Positions 19,857 through 30,159 of a DNA stretch of 64,000 nt are shown here, piece by piece. The first letter of the stretch is position 1. Each line of letters begins with the position of its first letter. Position numbers and translations under genes: made by a program. The stretch is from Nibricoccus sp. (lineage in GTDB: Bacteria; Verrucomicrobiota; Verrucomicrobiia; Opitutales; Opitutaceae), in assembly GCA_047602425.1 (NCBI GenBank), contig JASGHG010000001.1:1472001-1536000 (forward strand). Reading direction: 5' to 3'. The notes beneath the pieces are model-generated. The model worked only from the letters and a program-made list of their open reading frames with translations, was not told the origin of the DNA and ran no database searches.

Positions 19857-20042
19857 GGTTAGATTGCGGCTCCGGCTAAGGAGTGCCGGTTACGTGCTTG
19901 TCACCGTCTAGTCCGTGCCGGGGCCGCCCCTTATGTTACCTCATCCGCCTATTAGTAGCATAGAGCGCAATGCCATTGCTCACTCCTTTCTGTTTAGCCA
20001 CGTCGCTCATGGCGTGGCTCACCTCTGACGTTGGGCAAAGCA

Positions 20043-20585
20043 ATGCGACTGACGCTTATCTTCGTTTCGCTATGGCTCGCAGCTGTGTCAGCAGCGAAAG
20101 CGGGAGTGACGATGTCAGCCTATGCGATAACCACGGAGCACGCGGCCAGGATTCAAAACGATGAGGCTTTGCTTGACGCCTTAATTCAGGAGGGAAAAGG
20201 AGCCAAGCGTTCGGTAGATTTTGATAAGTCGTGGGATGGAATGCACTATCTCCTGACTGGCGTTGCGAAGCCCGACGGAAGCATTGGGTCGAAGGCGATT
20301 TTTGGAGGCTCTCCAGTGGGAAGCGATCTGGGTTATCCGAAGGCGCGTGTCCTAGCCCCTAAAGAGGTCCAAGAAATCGCAGCGATGCTGGAGAAACTAT
20401 CGTTCGCCACTTTGGCGAAGCACTACGATCCGAAGGAGATGCAGCGCCTGAAAATCTATCCTGAAATTTGGGAGACGAATCCGGTTCAGCTAAAGGACTA
20501 TCTGTCCTCCTACTACCGTCAGTTGGTAGCCTTTTACAAAGAAGCCGCACGCGCAGAAGCCTGTGTCGTGATTCGAATTATATGA
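20043..20585 (+). CDS. Cassette ORF: YfbM/DUF1877 family protein with a signal peptide
   Basis: DFDKSWDGMHYLLTG, DLGYP.AR.L.P.EV, YDP.EM....IYP.IW. Starts 6 nt after the attC core GTTGGGC. Confidence 0.85.
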   Translation: MRLTLIFVSLWLAAVSAAKAGVTMSAYAITTEHAARIQNDEALLDALIQEGKGAKRSVDFDKSWDGMHYLLTGVAKPDGSIGSKAIFGGSPVGSDLGYPKARVLAPKEVQEIAAMLEKLSFATLAKHYDPKEMQRLKIYPEIWETNPVQLKDYLSSYYRQLVAFYKEAARAEACVVIRII

Positions 20586-20595
20586 ATATGAAAGA

Positions 20596-20691
20596 GCCCA
20601 ATACACGCGCCACAGCCAACGCCTATGTCCGTCCCGCCTCCTGCGAGACAGGAAGCGCGCCAGCCATAGTCGTGGCTCACCTTAGCTAGGC
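20596..20691 (+). other. Second attC site (degenerate cores)
   Basis: GCCCAATACACGCGCCACAGCCAACGCCTATG...CATAGTCGTGGCTCACCTTAGCTAGGC shares CGTGGCTCACCT with attC1. The AAC and GTT cores each carry one change. Confidence 0.7.
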
Positions 20692-20698
20692 TAAAAAG

Positions 20699-20940
20699 GT
20701 GAAAAAAGCTGATTACGAAATTAACCTTCCAGACATGAACGCTTGCGCACTTGATCGCAGCCGTTGGAAGGCAGCGCGATCTAGGGAAGCGACGTTCGAA
20801 CCGTATTACGATTAGCGGTTCAATGAAGTTCGGTGTTTGTAGTGGATTCTTCAGTGCGCACCCTTTGTTCAGCTGTTTAGGTTTAACTACTGATTTATAC
20901 CGACCGTCACGGACAAGGAATCGGAGCCTGATGAAAGTGG
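20699..20940 (+). pseudogene. Probable decayed third cassette
   Basis: Low-GC stretch right after attC2. The GTG-started frame MKKADYEINLPD... stops after 38 codons. Confidence 0.35.
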
Positions 20941-21031
20941 TGTGACGGCGCCGGATGTTGCGCGGAGAATGCCGAGGGGGAGCGAGCCGGGAAAGCCGTA
21001 TCGCTTTTCTGCGTTTGAAGCAGAAAAATTG

Positions 21032-23554
21032 TTATACCGGAACCGGCGGCAAGGACCAGATTTGTTCGGCGTATTCGCGGATGGTGCGGTCGCTGGAGAA
21101 TTTGCCCATGCGGGCGGTGTTCAAAATCGCCTTCTTCGCCCACTCGGAGGACTTGCGGTACGTCGCGTCAACTTTTGCGTGACAGTCGACGTAGCTGCGG
21201 AAGTCGGCGAGGACCATAAACGGGTCGCCACCGCCAAGCAAACTCTGGTGCACGAGGCTGAAGGCGTTGTGTTCGTTCGGCGCGAAATAATTCGAGCCAA
21301 GCCAATCGAGCACAGTGCGGAGTTCCTCGTCCTTGTGGTAGAAATCCCACGGGTTGTAGCCCTTGGCGCGGAGTTTTTCGACTTCGTCGACTTCCATGCC
21401 GAAGATGAAGATGTTGTCGTCGCCGACCTCTTCCTTGATTTCGACGTTGGCGCCGTCGAGCGTGCCGATGGTGAGGGCGCCGTTGAGCGCGAGTTTCATG
21501 TTGCCGGTGCCGGAAGCTTCCTTGCCGGCGGTGGAGATTTGTTCGGAGAGATCGGCGGCGGGGATGATCCTCTCGGCTAGCGATACGCGATAGTTCGGGA
21601 GAAAGACGACCTTGAGTTTCCCCAGGATGCGGCCGTCGGAATTAATCTTGGCACCGATAAGGTTGATCGCACGGATAATATTTTTCGCGAGATCGTAGCC
21701 GGGGGCGGCCTTGGCGGCGAAAACGAAAACGCGCGGCACGATGTCGAGCGACGGATTCTGGAGCAGTCGGCGGTAGAGCGCGAGGATGTGAAGCAGGTTC
21801 AGGTGCTGGCGCTTGTACTCGTGGAGTCGCTTGATCTGCACATCGAAAAGCGCATCGGGCGAAACATCGACGCCGCATTCGGTGCGAATGACGTCGGCGA
21901 GATCGACTTTGTTGGCGCGTTTGACGGCCATGAATTCCTTCTGAAACGCGGCGTTGCCCGCGAATTTTTCGAGTTCGCGCAGACGGTCGAGGTCGCTGGC
22001 CCAATCGGTGTGGCCGAGGGTGTCGGTGAGGAGTTTCGAGAGACGCGGGTTGCAAGCGAGCAGCCAGCGGCGCGGTGTGATGCCGTTGGTTTTGTTCTGG
22101 AATTTGCCCGGATAAAGCGCGTCGAACTCAGGGAAGAGCAGTTTCTTCAACAAATCGGTGTGCAGCGCGGCGACGCCATTGACGGCGTGCGAACCGACGA
22201 CGGAGAGGTTGGCCATGCGCACGGATTTTTCGCCGTGTTCGTCGATGAGCGAGCAGGCGCGTTTCTTATTGTCGTCGCCCGGCCACTTGCGTTCGACCGT
22301 TTGCATGAGGCGGCTGTTGATCTCGAAAATAATCTGCAGGTGCCGGGGCAATACACGATTGAAGAGCGGCACGCCCCAGCGTTCGAGCGCTTCTGGGAGC
22401 AGCGTGTGGTTCGTGTAGCCGAAGGTCTGGGTGACGATTTCCCACGCACGGTCCCACGGCATGTTTTCCTCGTCGAGGAGGATGCGCATGAGTTCGGGCA
22501 CGGCGACGGCGGGATGCGTGTCGTTGAGCTGGATGGCGACTTTGTCATGGAAATTTCCCCACGTGTTGATGTTGCCCGCGTGGCGGACGTGACGGCGAAT
22601 GATGTCGCGGAGCGAGCACGCGACGAAGAAATACTGCTGCACGAGGCGCAGTTCCTTGCCGTTCTCGGTCTTGTCGTTCGGATAAAGTACCTTTGAAATG
22701 GTTTCGCCCAGGGCTTTTTCGCGGACGGCCTCCATGTAGCCGCCGGCGTTGAAAGCCTGAAGGTCAAATTCGGCGGTCGAACGCGAGCGCCAGAGGCGGA
22801 GGAGGTTGACGGTCTTGGTGCCGTAGCCCGCGATCGGAATATCGTAGGGTACGCCGAGAATGGTTCGGGTGTTGACCCATTTTGGGCGGCTGTTGCCGTG
22901 GTCGTCGAAGACGTTTTCCACCTGACCATAGACCTGCACCACCTGCGCATATTCGGGACGCATGACTTCCCACGGCGTGCCGAAAATCATCCAGCTGTCG
23001 GGATGCTCGATCTGGTGTCCGTTAACGAATTCCTGTTTGAAAAGGCCGAACTCGTAGTGAATGCCGTAGCCAATCGCGGGATAATCCTGCGAGGCGAGCG
23101 AATCGAGGAAACACGCGGCAAGCCGGCCAAGACCGCCGTTGCCGAGGCCCATGTCGACCTCCTGCTCGCGAACCTTTTCGTAATCCACACCGAGTTCCTT
23201 GAGGGCGCCGGCGGCGGCTTCGACGAGACCGGTGTTGTAGAGATTATTTTCCATCAACCGGCCCATGAGGTACTCGAGCGAAAGATAGTAGAGGCGGCGG
23301 ACATTTTGGTCGTTGTGAACGCCCTGAGTGACGATCAGGCGTGCGAGAACATGTTCGCGCACAGCGAGAGCGGTCGAGATCCACCAATCGCGTGGACCGG
23401 CCGTATGCGTGTCACGCGCCAGTGTGTAAGTAAGATGGCGCAAAATGGATTGTTTGAACTTCGTATTATCGGCACCGAGCCCGATCGCACCAGCGGCGCC
23501 GGACGGAGTGGAAGTGCGGGTCGGACTTTTCTTCGTTTTGTTGGAAGTCGCCAT
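21032..23554 (-). CDS. glgP: Glycogen/starch phosphorylase
   Basis: [35 protein letters not shown] and PLP motif [14 protein letters not shown]. Confidence 0.97.
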   Translation of the reverse strand: MATSNKTKKSPTRTSTPSGAAGAIGLGADNTKFKQSILRHLTYTLARDTHTAGPRDWWISTALAVREHVLARLIVTQGVHNDQNVRRLYYLSLEYLMGRLMENNLYNTGLVEAAAGALKELGVDYEKVREQEVDMGLGNGGLGRLAACFLDSLASQDYPAIGYGIHYEFGLFKQEFVNGHQIEHPDSWMIFGTPWEVMRPEYAQVVQVYGQVENVFDDHGNSRPKWVNTRTILGVPYDIPIAGYGTKTVNLLRLWRSRSTAEFDLQAFNAGGYMEAVREKALGETISKVLYPNDKTENGKELRLVQQYFFVACSLRDIIRRHVRHAGNINTWGNFHDKVAIQLNDTHPAVAVPELMRILLDEENMPWDRAWEIVTQTFGYTNHTLLPEALERWGVPLFNRVLPRHLQIIFEINSRLMQTVERKWPGDDNKKRACSLIDEHGEKSVRMANLSVVGSHAVNGVAALHTDLLKKLLFPEFDALYPGKFQNKTNGITPRRWLLACNPRLSKLLTDTLGHTDWASDLDRLRELEKFAGNAAFQKEFMAVKRANKVDLADVIRTECGVDVSPDALFDVQIKRLHEYKRQHLNLLHILALYRRLLQNPSLDIVPRVFVFAAKAAPGYDLAKNIIRAINLIGAKINSDGRILGKLKVVFLPNYRVSLAERIIPAADLSEQISTAGKEASGTGNMKLALNGALTIGTLDGANVEIKEEVGDDNIFIFGMEVDEVEKLRAKGYNPWDFYHKDEELRTVLDWLGSNYFAPNEHNAFSLVHQSLLGGGDPFMVLADFRSYVDCHAKVDATYRKSSEWAKKAILNTARMGKFSSDRTIREYAEQIWSLPPVPV

Positions 23555-23667
23555 GATTTAGGGAAAAGGATGAAACCAGAAAGTATGCCAAAGACAATGA
23601 GATGGCACGGAGATTTTAGTCCGCGTGATAATAGCAGGGTGGCAGCGCTGGTTACGTCACAAGCAGG

Positions 23668-25485
23668 TTATTTCTGAAACCGCCGCGCGAGTTCACTATG
23701 GCTGAACTCGATTTGCGTCGGGCGGCCGGAGGGACTCGTGAGCGGCGTGCGGCAGGCGAAAAGCTGGGTGAGCACGCCCTGAAGTTCATCGGCACTGGCG
23801 GCATCCGGCAGACGAATGGCCTTCGCCACGGCGAGACGCGCGAGTTCATCGCGGGCTAGGTCGACATTTTTTTCCTGCAACCGACCCTCGCGCAACGCGC
23901 CAAGCAAATCGCGAACGAAAGGTTCGGCATCGGCCGGCTCCATCCAGACCGGCACACTTTCGATCCGAAAGAAATTGCGGCCAAATTCCACGATTTCGAA
24001 ACCGTGGGCGTTGAAAAACGCGAGTTTGTCGAGCAAGAGCGCTGTGGCGATGGCGTCGAGTTCGACCGGAACCGGCAAAAGCAGCCGCTGGCTGGGAACG
24101 TCGCCGGAACGAAACTGGGTCTGCAAACGCTCGAACCAAATGCGTTCGTGCGCCGCGCGTCGGTCGAGCAGAACGATTCCGGCGGGCGTCTCGAACAAAG
24201 CATAAGCGCCATGCGCAAGCCCGAGGAACCGCCAGGCGCTTGTGGCGCTGCGCATCGGGACCGACGCCTCGGGAAAAGGCGCGCGCGAAGGCGGCACAAC
24301 CGCAATGGCGGGCCGCGAGGGCGGAAGGTCGGGCGCGTTGCCCGCAATGCGCCGTTCCGACGTCGTCACACTCAGGCTTACGACCGTCGTCGCAGGAGGC
24401 AAAATCTGTGGCGCTGGCGCGAGGTTCGTCACAGCGGCCGATGGCATCGGATTCAACACCGTCGGAACCGAAAGCGCCACTGGCGCGGCCTCCTGGCCAA
24501 ACATGCGCAAACGCGCCAGTACCGCGCGAATCACGAACGACCGCACCGACGATTCGCTGCGGAAACGCACTTCGCGTTTCGCCGGATGCACATTCACGTC
24601 GACCGCGGCCGGATCGATTTCGAAAAACACAAAGGCCACCGGGTAACGTCCCTTCGGCAGCGACTCGTGAAAGCTTTCGATTAGGGCGTAGTTAAGGGTT
24701 CGGCTGTCGACCGGGCGATGATTGACAAAGCAGATCATTTCATGCCGCGTCGACCGCCCCACCCCGGGCCGCCCGACCAGTCCGCGCAGTTTCATGCCGG
24801 GTTCGCCGGCCTCCAGCGCGAGCAGGCCCTCGGCGGTTTGTTTGCCAAAAATTCCCGCGATGCGCTCCTCCAGCGTCTCGCACTGCGGCGAGCGAAAAAT
24901 CACGCGGCCGTCTTCGATCAATGAAAAGGCCACCTGCGGAAACGCCAGTGCGTAGAGCCGCACGCCGTGGATGATGTGCGCGGCCTCGGTGGTGTCGGTC
25001 TTGAGGAATTTGCGGCGCGCCGGAACCGAGTTGAACAAATGCGCCACCTCGATGCGCGTGCCAACCGGCCGGCCGCAATCGCGCACGTGGATCATTTTCC
25101 CGCCGTTCACGAAAACCTCCGTGCCGGCATCCGAAGCGTTTTCGCGCGTTTGCAGTGTGAAATGCGATACGCTCGCGATCGACGGCAGCGCTTCCCCGCG
25201 AAAACCGAACGACGCGAGCCGGTTCAAGTCATCAGCCTCGACGATCTTGCTCGTCGCGTGGCGTTCGAGCGCGAGCAGTGCATCGTCGCGCGACATGCCG
25301 CAGCCGTTGTCTTCGATCCGTATGTAAGCGCGCCCACCGTGGCGAAACTCAACCTCGATCCGTGTCGCGCCGGCATCGATGGCGTTTTCCACGAGCTCCT
25401 TCACCACCGCGGCCGGGCGCTCAATCACCTCGCCAGCGGCGATTTGATTGGCAACACGATCGGACAAAACGCGGATTTTAGCCAT
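23668..25485 (-). CDS. mutL: DNA mismatch repair endonuclease MutL
   Basis: NQIAAGEVIERPA.VVKELVENAIDAG, GFRGEAL, DVNVHPAKREVRF, D..AAHERI. Confidence 0.97.
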   Translation of the reverse strand: MAKIRVLSDRVANQIAAGEVIERPAAVVKELVENAIDAGATRIEVEFRHGGRAYIRIEDNGCGMSRDDALLALERHATSKIVEADDLNRLASFGFRGEALPSIASVSHFTLQTRENASDAGTEVFVNGGKMIHVRDCGRPVGTRIEVAHLFNSVPARRKFLKTDTTEAAHIIHGVRLYALAFPQVAFSLIEDGRVIFRSPQCETLEERIAGIFGKQTAEGLLALEAGEPGMKLRGLVGRPGVGRSTRHEMICFVNHRPVDSRTLNYALIESFHESLPKGRYPVAFVFFEIDPAAVDVNVHPAKREVRFRSESSVRSFVIRAVLARLRMFGQEAAPVALSVPTVLNPMPSAAVTNLAPAPQILPPATTVVSLSVTTSERRIAGNAPDLPPSRPAIAVVPPSRAPFPEASVPMRSATSAWRFLGLAHGAYALFETPAGIVLLDRRAAHERIWFERLQTQFRSGDVPSQRLLLPVPVELDAIATALLLDKLAFFNAHGFEIVEFGRNFFRIESVPVWMEPADAEPFVRDLLGALREGRLQEKNVDLARDELARLAVAKAIRLPDAASADELQGVLTQLFACRTPLTSPSGRPTQIEFSHSELARRFQK

Positions 25486-25560
25486 GAACGTTCGCCATCA
25501 TCATCATTCCACGCACAGACGGAAGCGTGGAATTTTCAGTCGATCAACAAACCCTTTCGC

Positions 25561-25709
25561 CAAAGAGAACACAGGGCTCGGACACAGAGACGGCGGGAGG
25601 CCAAAACGTAGGTTCATATCATTCCCGCCGGCGACGCATGACGAATAGGCACAAAGCAAAGATTCAACTCTCTGTGACGTCTGTGTCCGAGCTCCGCGTC
25701 CTCTGTGGC
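25561..25709 (-). repeat. ~150 bp CACAGAG-type inverted-repeat element (copy A)
   Basis: Reverse complement aligns with 57175-57317. Includes an exact 19-mer (25591-25609 vs 57269-57287). Confidence 0.85.
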
Positions 25710-26989
25710 TCACTCTCCGATAGCCGGCCGATTCGCCACGCCAAAAAAAGCCCCATCGCAAAAATCGCCGCCATCAACACGCCGAATGCAGTCACGTTGA
25801 TCGTAGGCAAACCATCGGGTCCGATCCGCTTTAAAATATAGCCCCACGCCAGCGCGGAAAAACCGCCGCCAAGGGCGATCGCGACGGCGTGAAAAGTCAC
25901 CATCAGCGTGCGGCTATCCGGCGGCGTGATTTTTGCGAGAAAATTCAAATTGCCCGCGAGCGTTGAGGCCGTCGCCCCGCCGATGAGCAAATACACCACC
26001 GTCAACAGCGCAAAGTTCACCGCGCCGTGCCAGAGCGCCCAACCCCAATAACTCGCGATCGCCACGTGCGCGAGCGCCGACGCCACCATGTACGGGCGAG
26101 CCCCGTGACGATCCAGCCGCGTCTGCATGAATCCAGCGGCAAGAATCGCGCCGCAATAACGGCAGATTTCCAAAACCATGATCTGCCCTTCCGAAAAGTG
26201 CGGCACCGCTTTCAAATAATAAGCGGAAAACGGCGCGACAGGAATCATCATGCCGGCAAACAACAGCGACAATATCACGTATTCACGAAACAACGACGGC
26301 TGCGAAGCGTGCTGCCACATTGCGCGCAGCGTGCCCGCCACGCTCACCGCCGCTGGCCGCTCGCTGTCGGGCATTTTCCGCAGGTACCAAACCGCCGCGA
26401 TCGACCCAACCAGCGAATATCCGTAAGCCGCCATCAACGCTTCGCGCACCGGCAAGGTCCAAAACAATGCCGTGCAAACCAAGAGCGTGAAAACACCGCC
26501 CACGGCCGCGACATACTGATCCGCCGCAAAGTAACGGCCGCATTTTTCCGGCGTCAGCAGCGCCATGATCCAAGGCGCAAACGCCGCCTGTCCAAACGCG
26601 CGCAACAGGCAAAAACAAAACACGCAAAACACCATCGCATGCACGCGCCAGCCGCCCGCCCCGCCATCCGCCTGGGTCAACCACGCGAGCAGGATTGGCA
26701 CCGCGACGAAAAAAGTCCGCATGCTCCAACCGGAAAGCATCACCTTGCGATAGCCGTAGCGCGGAAATGCCACGGTCGACCCGATCTGCAAGGCCATCAG
26801 CAAAAATACAAAGGAGTACGCCAGCCCGACCTGAAACGACGACGCGCCCAGCCATTGAAGAAACAACACCATGGGCGTGCTGATCACGACTTGCCAGGTG
26901 AACGCATTAAAAAAACCAAAAACCAATCCACATCGGTAAGGATGCAAAATGGGATCGGACTCCTCGGTTGGAAACAGTCGCGGCAGCAT
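25664..26989 (-). CDS. MFS transporter
   Basis: About 12 hydrophobic segments with loop motifs RYGYRK and LDRHGAR. Confidence 0.85.
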   Translation of the reverse strand: MLPRLFPTEESDPILHPYRCGLVFGFFNAFTWQVVISTPMVLFLQWLGASSFQVGLAYSFVFLLMALQIGSTVAFPRYGYRKVMLSGWSMRTFFVAVPILLAWLTQADGGAGGWRVHAMVFCVFCFCLLRAFGQAAFAPWIMALLTPEKCGRYFAADQYVAAVGGVFTLLVCTALFWTLPVREALMAAYGYSLVGSIAAVWYLRKMPDSERPAAVSVAGTLRAMWQHASQPSLFREYVILSLLFAGMMIPVAPFSAYYLKAVPHFSEGQIMVLEICRYCGAILAAGFMQTRLDRHGARPYMVASALAHVAIASYWGWALWHGAVNFALLTVVYLLIGGATASTLAGNLNFLAKITPPDSRTLMVTFHAVAIALGGGFSALAWGYILKRIGPDGLPTINVTAFGVLMAAIFAMGLFLAWRIGRLSESEPQRTRSSDTDVTES

Positions 26990-27396
26990 GGAAACGGACA
27001 GCCTCGCGCAGAAACCAACAGCTGCAATGCCCAACATTTCCTGCCCGACGCCCGACCTCGCAGCCTTCAATGCTGCCCACGAAAGTCGGGGGCCGTTAGC
27101 GAATAGCTACACGACTAATAAACCTAATGCCGCAGGCGGCCATCAGATCGTCAAATCATGTGAATTAATTTATCTTATCTATCTTCGTATCGCCATCGGT
27201 GCGTAAGAGTTTCTGATTTTGTGTCGGTCACGCTTACACTTTTCCTTATCTTAAGCATGCCATAATTTCCTTCGAATAACCGATTTTTATCATGCAAGTC
27301 GTTTAACTACAATGAACATTAGGTAAACTGTTTTGGCTGGCCTCGTTTATGCGAAAGAATTTTCCGTTCAGAAAAACCTAAGTGTATTCCCAGCCT

Positions 27397-28083
27397 ATGA
27401 AATTCAAAAACCTGTTCCTACCTCTTACCCTCGCGGCGCTTTTAAGCGGTCCGCTTCTGCGGGCCGATAATATCTCAGCACTCTTCACGTCGACGAGCGA
27501 TCCGTCGGCATGGACCGTGAGCGTCAATCAATCGGGCGTCGATACCGGCAACGATGCATCGAGATTTCTCACCGGCGCCGAGGATTTCCAAAGCGCGGTC
27601 AAGATCGTCGGCCGCGCCGACTATATTGCCAGCAACTCGACGGGCACAACGGGCAGTTATGTTGGCGATTACACTCAGTTCGTGTTTCGCCAGACGTTTG
27701 ACCTGACGGGTTACGATGCGGCCACCGTTAATTTGACTTTTCAATGGGCCGCCGACGACACGGGCGAAGGTTTTGCCCAACGAGGAACTTGGCTGAATCG
27801 CTTCACCTTGAACGGTGGCGCGTTCCTGGGCGTCGATTCGGGTGGATACTACAATTACGACCCGAATAAAATTGTACAGTTGTCGAGCGGGTTTGTCGCG
27901 GGCCTGAACACCATCGACTTCTATGTGCAAGGCAACGGCGTCACCGATGGTTTCGAACTCCGCGTGTTGAATGCGGAGGCAAATGCCACGGGTACGACGG
28001 TCCCTGACGGTGGCGCAACGATCGCAATGCTCGGCTGCGTTCTCCTCGGACTGATCGCGGGTCGTCGTCGTCTCACAAGCTGA
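27397..28083 (+). CDS. VPDSG-CTERM (exosortase-targeted) surface protein
   Basis: Signal peptide and C-terminal VPDGGATIAMLGCVLLGLIAGRRR. Confidence 0.9.
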   Translation: MKFKNLFLPLTLAALLSGPLLRADNISALFTSTSDPSAWTVSVNQSGVDTGNDASRFLTGAEDFQSAVKIVGRADYIASNSTGTTGSYVGDYTQFVFRQTFDLTGYDAATVNLTFQWAADDTGEGFAQRGTWLNRFTLNGGAFLGVDSGGYYNYDPNKIVQLSSGFVAGLNTIDFYVQGNGVTDGFELRVLNAEANATGTTVPDGGATIAMLGCVLLGLIAGRRRLTS

Positions 28084-28105
28084 GAACTTTCAAGTTTTAG
28101 ATTTC

Positions 28106-28134
28106 AGCTCACCTCACAAGAGGTGAGCTTTTTT
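28106..28134 (+). terminator. Intrinsic terminator
   Basis: AGCTCACCTC-ACAA-GAGGTGAGCT followed by a T-run. Confidence 0.88.
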
Positions 28135-28269
28135 CATGTCTGCGCTCCAGCGAAGGAAGCGCGCCCGGCGCTGACTCGACCAGTGTCGCCGGGTTACCTT
28201 GAACCTATCAAAATAACCCAGCGATATCGTAGATAGATTGTTGGATATAACTTAGACGACCAAACCAAC

Positions 28270-29673
28270 TCACTCCGCCAAAAGTTTTTTCCAGCGGGCG
28301 AATTGTTTTTTCGTCTGGGCCTTGCCGGGCATGCCGGTGCCGGTGCGCTTCGCGGTCGCGTGATCGAGATCGAAGACTTTAACCCAGTCGGAGCCGAATT
28401 CCTTGTGCACGGATTGCACTTCCTCTAGCGGAAGGTTGTTGAGCTTCACCGAGAGTTTTTCGGCGATCTTCACCACCGCGCCAACAGCGTGATGCGCCTC
28501 GCGGAAGGGTACGCCTTTGTTCACGAGGTAGTCGGCGAGGTCCGTCGCGAGCAACGCGGGATCGCTCACGGCTTCGGCGCAATGCGACCGGTTCACCATC
28601 AGGCCGGCAATCGTGCCGGCGAGCACATCGGCGCACATCGCCGTTTGGTCGAAACTGTCGAAGACCGGCGGTTTGTCCTCCTGCAAGTCGCGATTATAAG
28701 TCAGCGGCAGGCCCTTCGCGAGCGTGAGCAACGTGTGCAGGTTGCCTTGCAGGCGGGCGGATTTTCCGCGGAGGAGTTCGCACGAGTCGGGATTTTTCTT
28801 CTGCGGCATCAAACTCGATCCCGTGCAAAATGCATCGGGCAGTTCGATGAATTTAAATTCCGCGCTCATCCACAAAATCAGGTCCTCGGCGATGCGCGAC
28901 ATATGAATGCCGAACAAGGCGCAAGCACCAGCGAACTCGATGAAAATGTCGCGGTCAGCCACGGCGTCCATGGAGTTTTGCGTGACCTGAGGACGGCCTT
29001 TCGCATCGACAAAGCCGAGCAGCGTCGCGGCGTACTCGCGGTCGATCGGGAGCGTGGTGCCGGCAATCGCGCCGGAACCGAGCGGACACCAGTTGGCGTG
29101 CGCGGCGACTTCGGAAAAGCGGGCGCGGTCGCGTTCCAGCATTTCGAGATAGGCGAAAAAGTGGTGGGCGAAATAAACGGGTTGCGCGCGTTGCAGGTGC
29201 GTGTAGCCAGGGACCAGCACGTCGGCGTTGGCCTCCGCCACCGCGAGGATCGCGCGTTGGGCAGCGGCAATTTTGCCGGAGATGACGTTGCAGGCGTACT
29301 TGAAAAACAGCCGCATGTCGGTGGCGATTTGGTCGTTCCGGCTGCGTGCGGTGTGCAGGCGGGCGGCAGCGGGAACACGTTTGGTCAACGCCTGCTCAAT
29401 GTTCATATGAACGTCTTCGAGCTTCGTGTCCCAGGTGAAATTGCCCGCCTCGATCTCGGCAAGAATGGCGTCGAGGCCGGTGTGAATCGCGTCACGTTCC
29501 TTGGCCGTAATGATTCCGACATGGGCAAGCATGGCGGCGTGAGCCTTGCTGCCTTGGATGTCGAATGGCGCGAGGCGTTGGTCGAACGAAACCGATTCGC
29601 TGAACGCGAGCATCAGATCGGCAGGTCCGGCGGAGAAACGTCCGCCCCAGGTCGCTTGTGAGGGTTTGGCCAT
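28270..29673 (-). CDS. argH: Argininosuccinate lyase
   Basis: [41 protein letters not shown]. Confidence 0.97.
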   Translation of the reverse strand: MAKPSQATWGGRFSAGPADLMLAFSESVSFDQRLAPFDIQGSKAHAAMLAHVGIITAKERDAIHTGLDAILAEIEAGNFTWDTKLEDVHMNIEQALTKRVPAAARLHTARSRNDQIATDMRLFFKYACNVISGKIAAAQRAILAVAEANADVLVPGYTHLQRAQPVYFAHHFFAYLEMLERDRARFSEVAAHANWCPLGSGAIAGTTLPIDREYAATLLGFVDAKGRPQVTQNSMDAVADRDIFIEFAGACALFGIHMSRIAEDLILWMSAEFKFIELPDAFCTGSSLMPQKKNPDSCELLRGKSARLQGNLHTLLTLAKGLPLTYNRDLQEDKPPVFDSFDQTAMCADVLAGTIAGLMVNRSHCAEAVSDPALLATDLADYLVNKGVPFREAHHAVGAVVKIAEKLSVKLNNLPLEEVQSVHKEFGSDWVKVFDLDHATAKRTGTGMPGKAQTKKQFARWKKLLAE

Positions 29674-30159
29674 GGCGGATAAATGACGCAGCCGACTATC
29701 CCGGGGCAACGCTTTTTAAGCTACTGCGCAAGCCGCGAAAGATTCCTGCAAAGTAAAACGGACACCCTCCGGCGATGGCGCCCGTTTTCTCATTACGGGA
29801 TCAGCTCTGTGCCGAACCGGTTGTAATCGGCCGCGCAACTCTGCCCATGGCCGCCACGCATGCAACGTCGGCCGATATGCGCATCTCGCGCCCGAATTCG
29901 ATCAGAAACTCGGCCCTTCGACCCTAAGGTTTTTGGGCTCTCCGGATCTCATTACTCTTTATAGAACAGCAATTAGAACACCTCTGTATCCACACTGACA
30001 GTACGAACAAGTTTCCTTTCAGACACGTATCCCGGCGGCTTAAGCCCACGCCCAAAAAGCCGATAGGTAGTACATCCTTTTAACATTTCCCGCCGTGCTC
30101 AGCTCCGCCCTCCGGATGGAGCCGCATGTGTGCATCGATTCACCATCCCTTCCCCTCTC

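Larger units (their letters stand above)
18205..19961 (-). mobile_element. IS110 family (IS1111-like) insertion sequence, ~1.76 kb
   Basis: DEDD recombinase, no target duplication, sub-terminal IRs AGGTAAAATCAAGGGG (18212-18227) and CCCCTTATGTTACCT (19927-19941), and a long non-coding region downstream of the ORF. Confidence 0.88.
18190..20036 (+). other. Integron attC site split by an IS insertion (left part 18190-18204, right part 19962-20036)
   Basis: Rejoined sequence GCCGAACCAGCCGCTAGAGCGCAATGCCAT...ATGGCGTGGCTCACCTCTGACGTTGGGC has an AAC inverse core, an inner inverted repeat and a GTT core. Confidence 0.8.

Noticed and set aside
28140..28200. Possible c-di-GMP-I riboswitch (CCCGGCG...CGCCGGGTTACC)
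   Set aside because: It lacks the GCAAA/GAAA-tetraloop stem and lies after a terminator between convergent genes.
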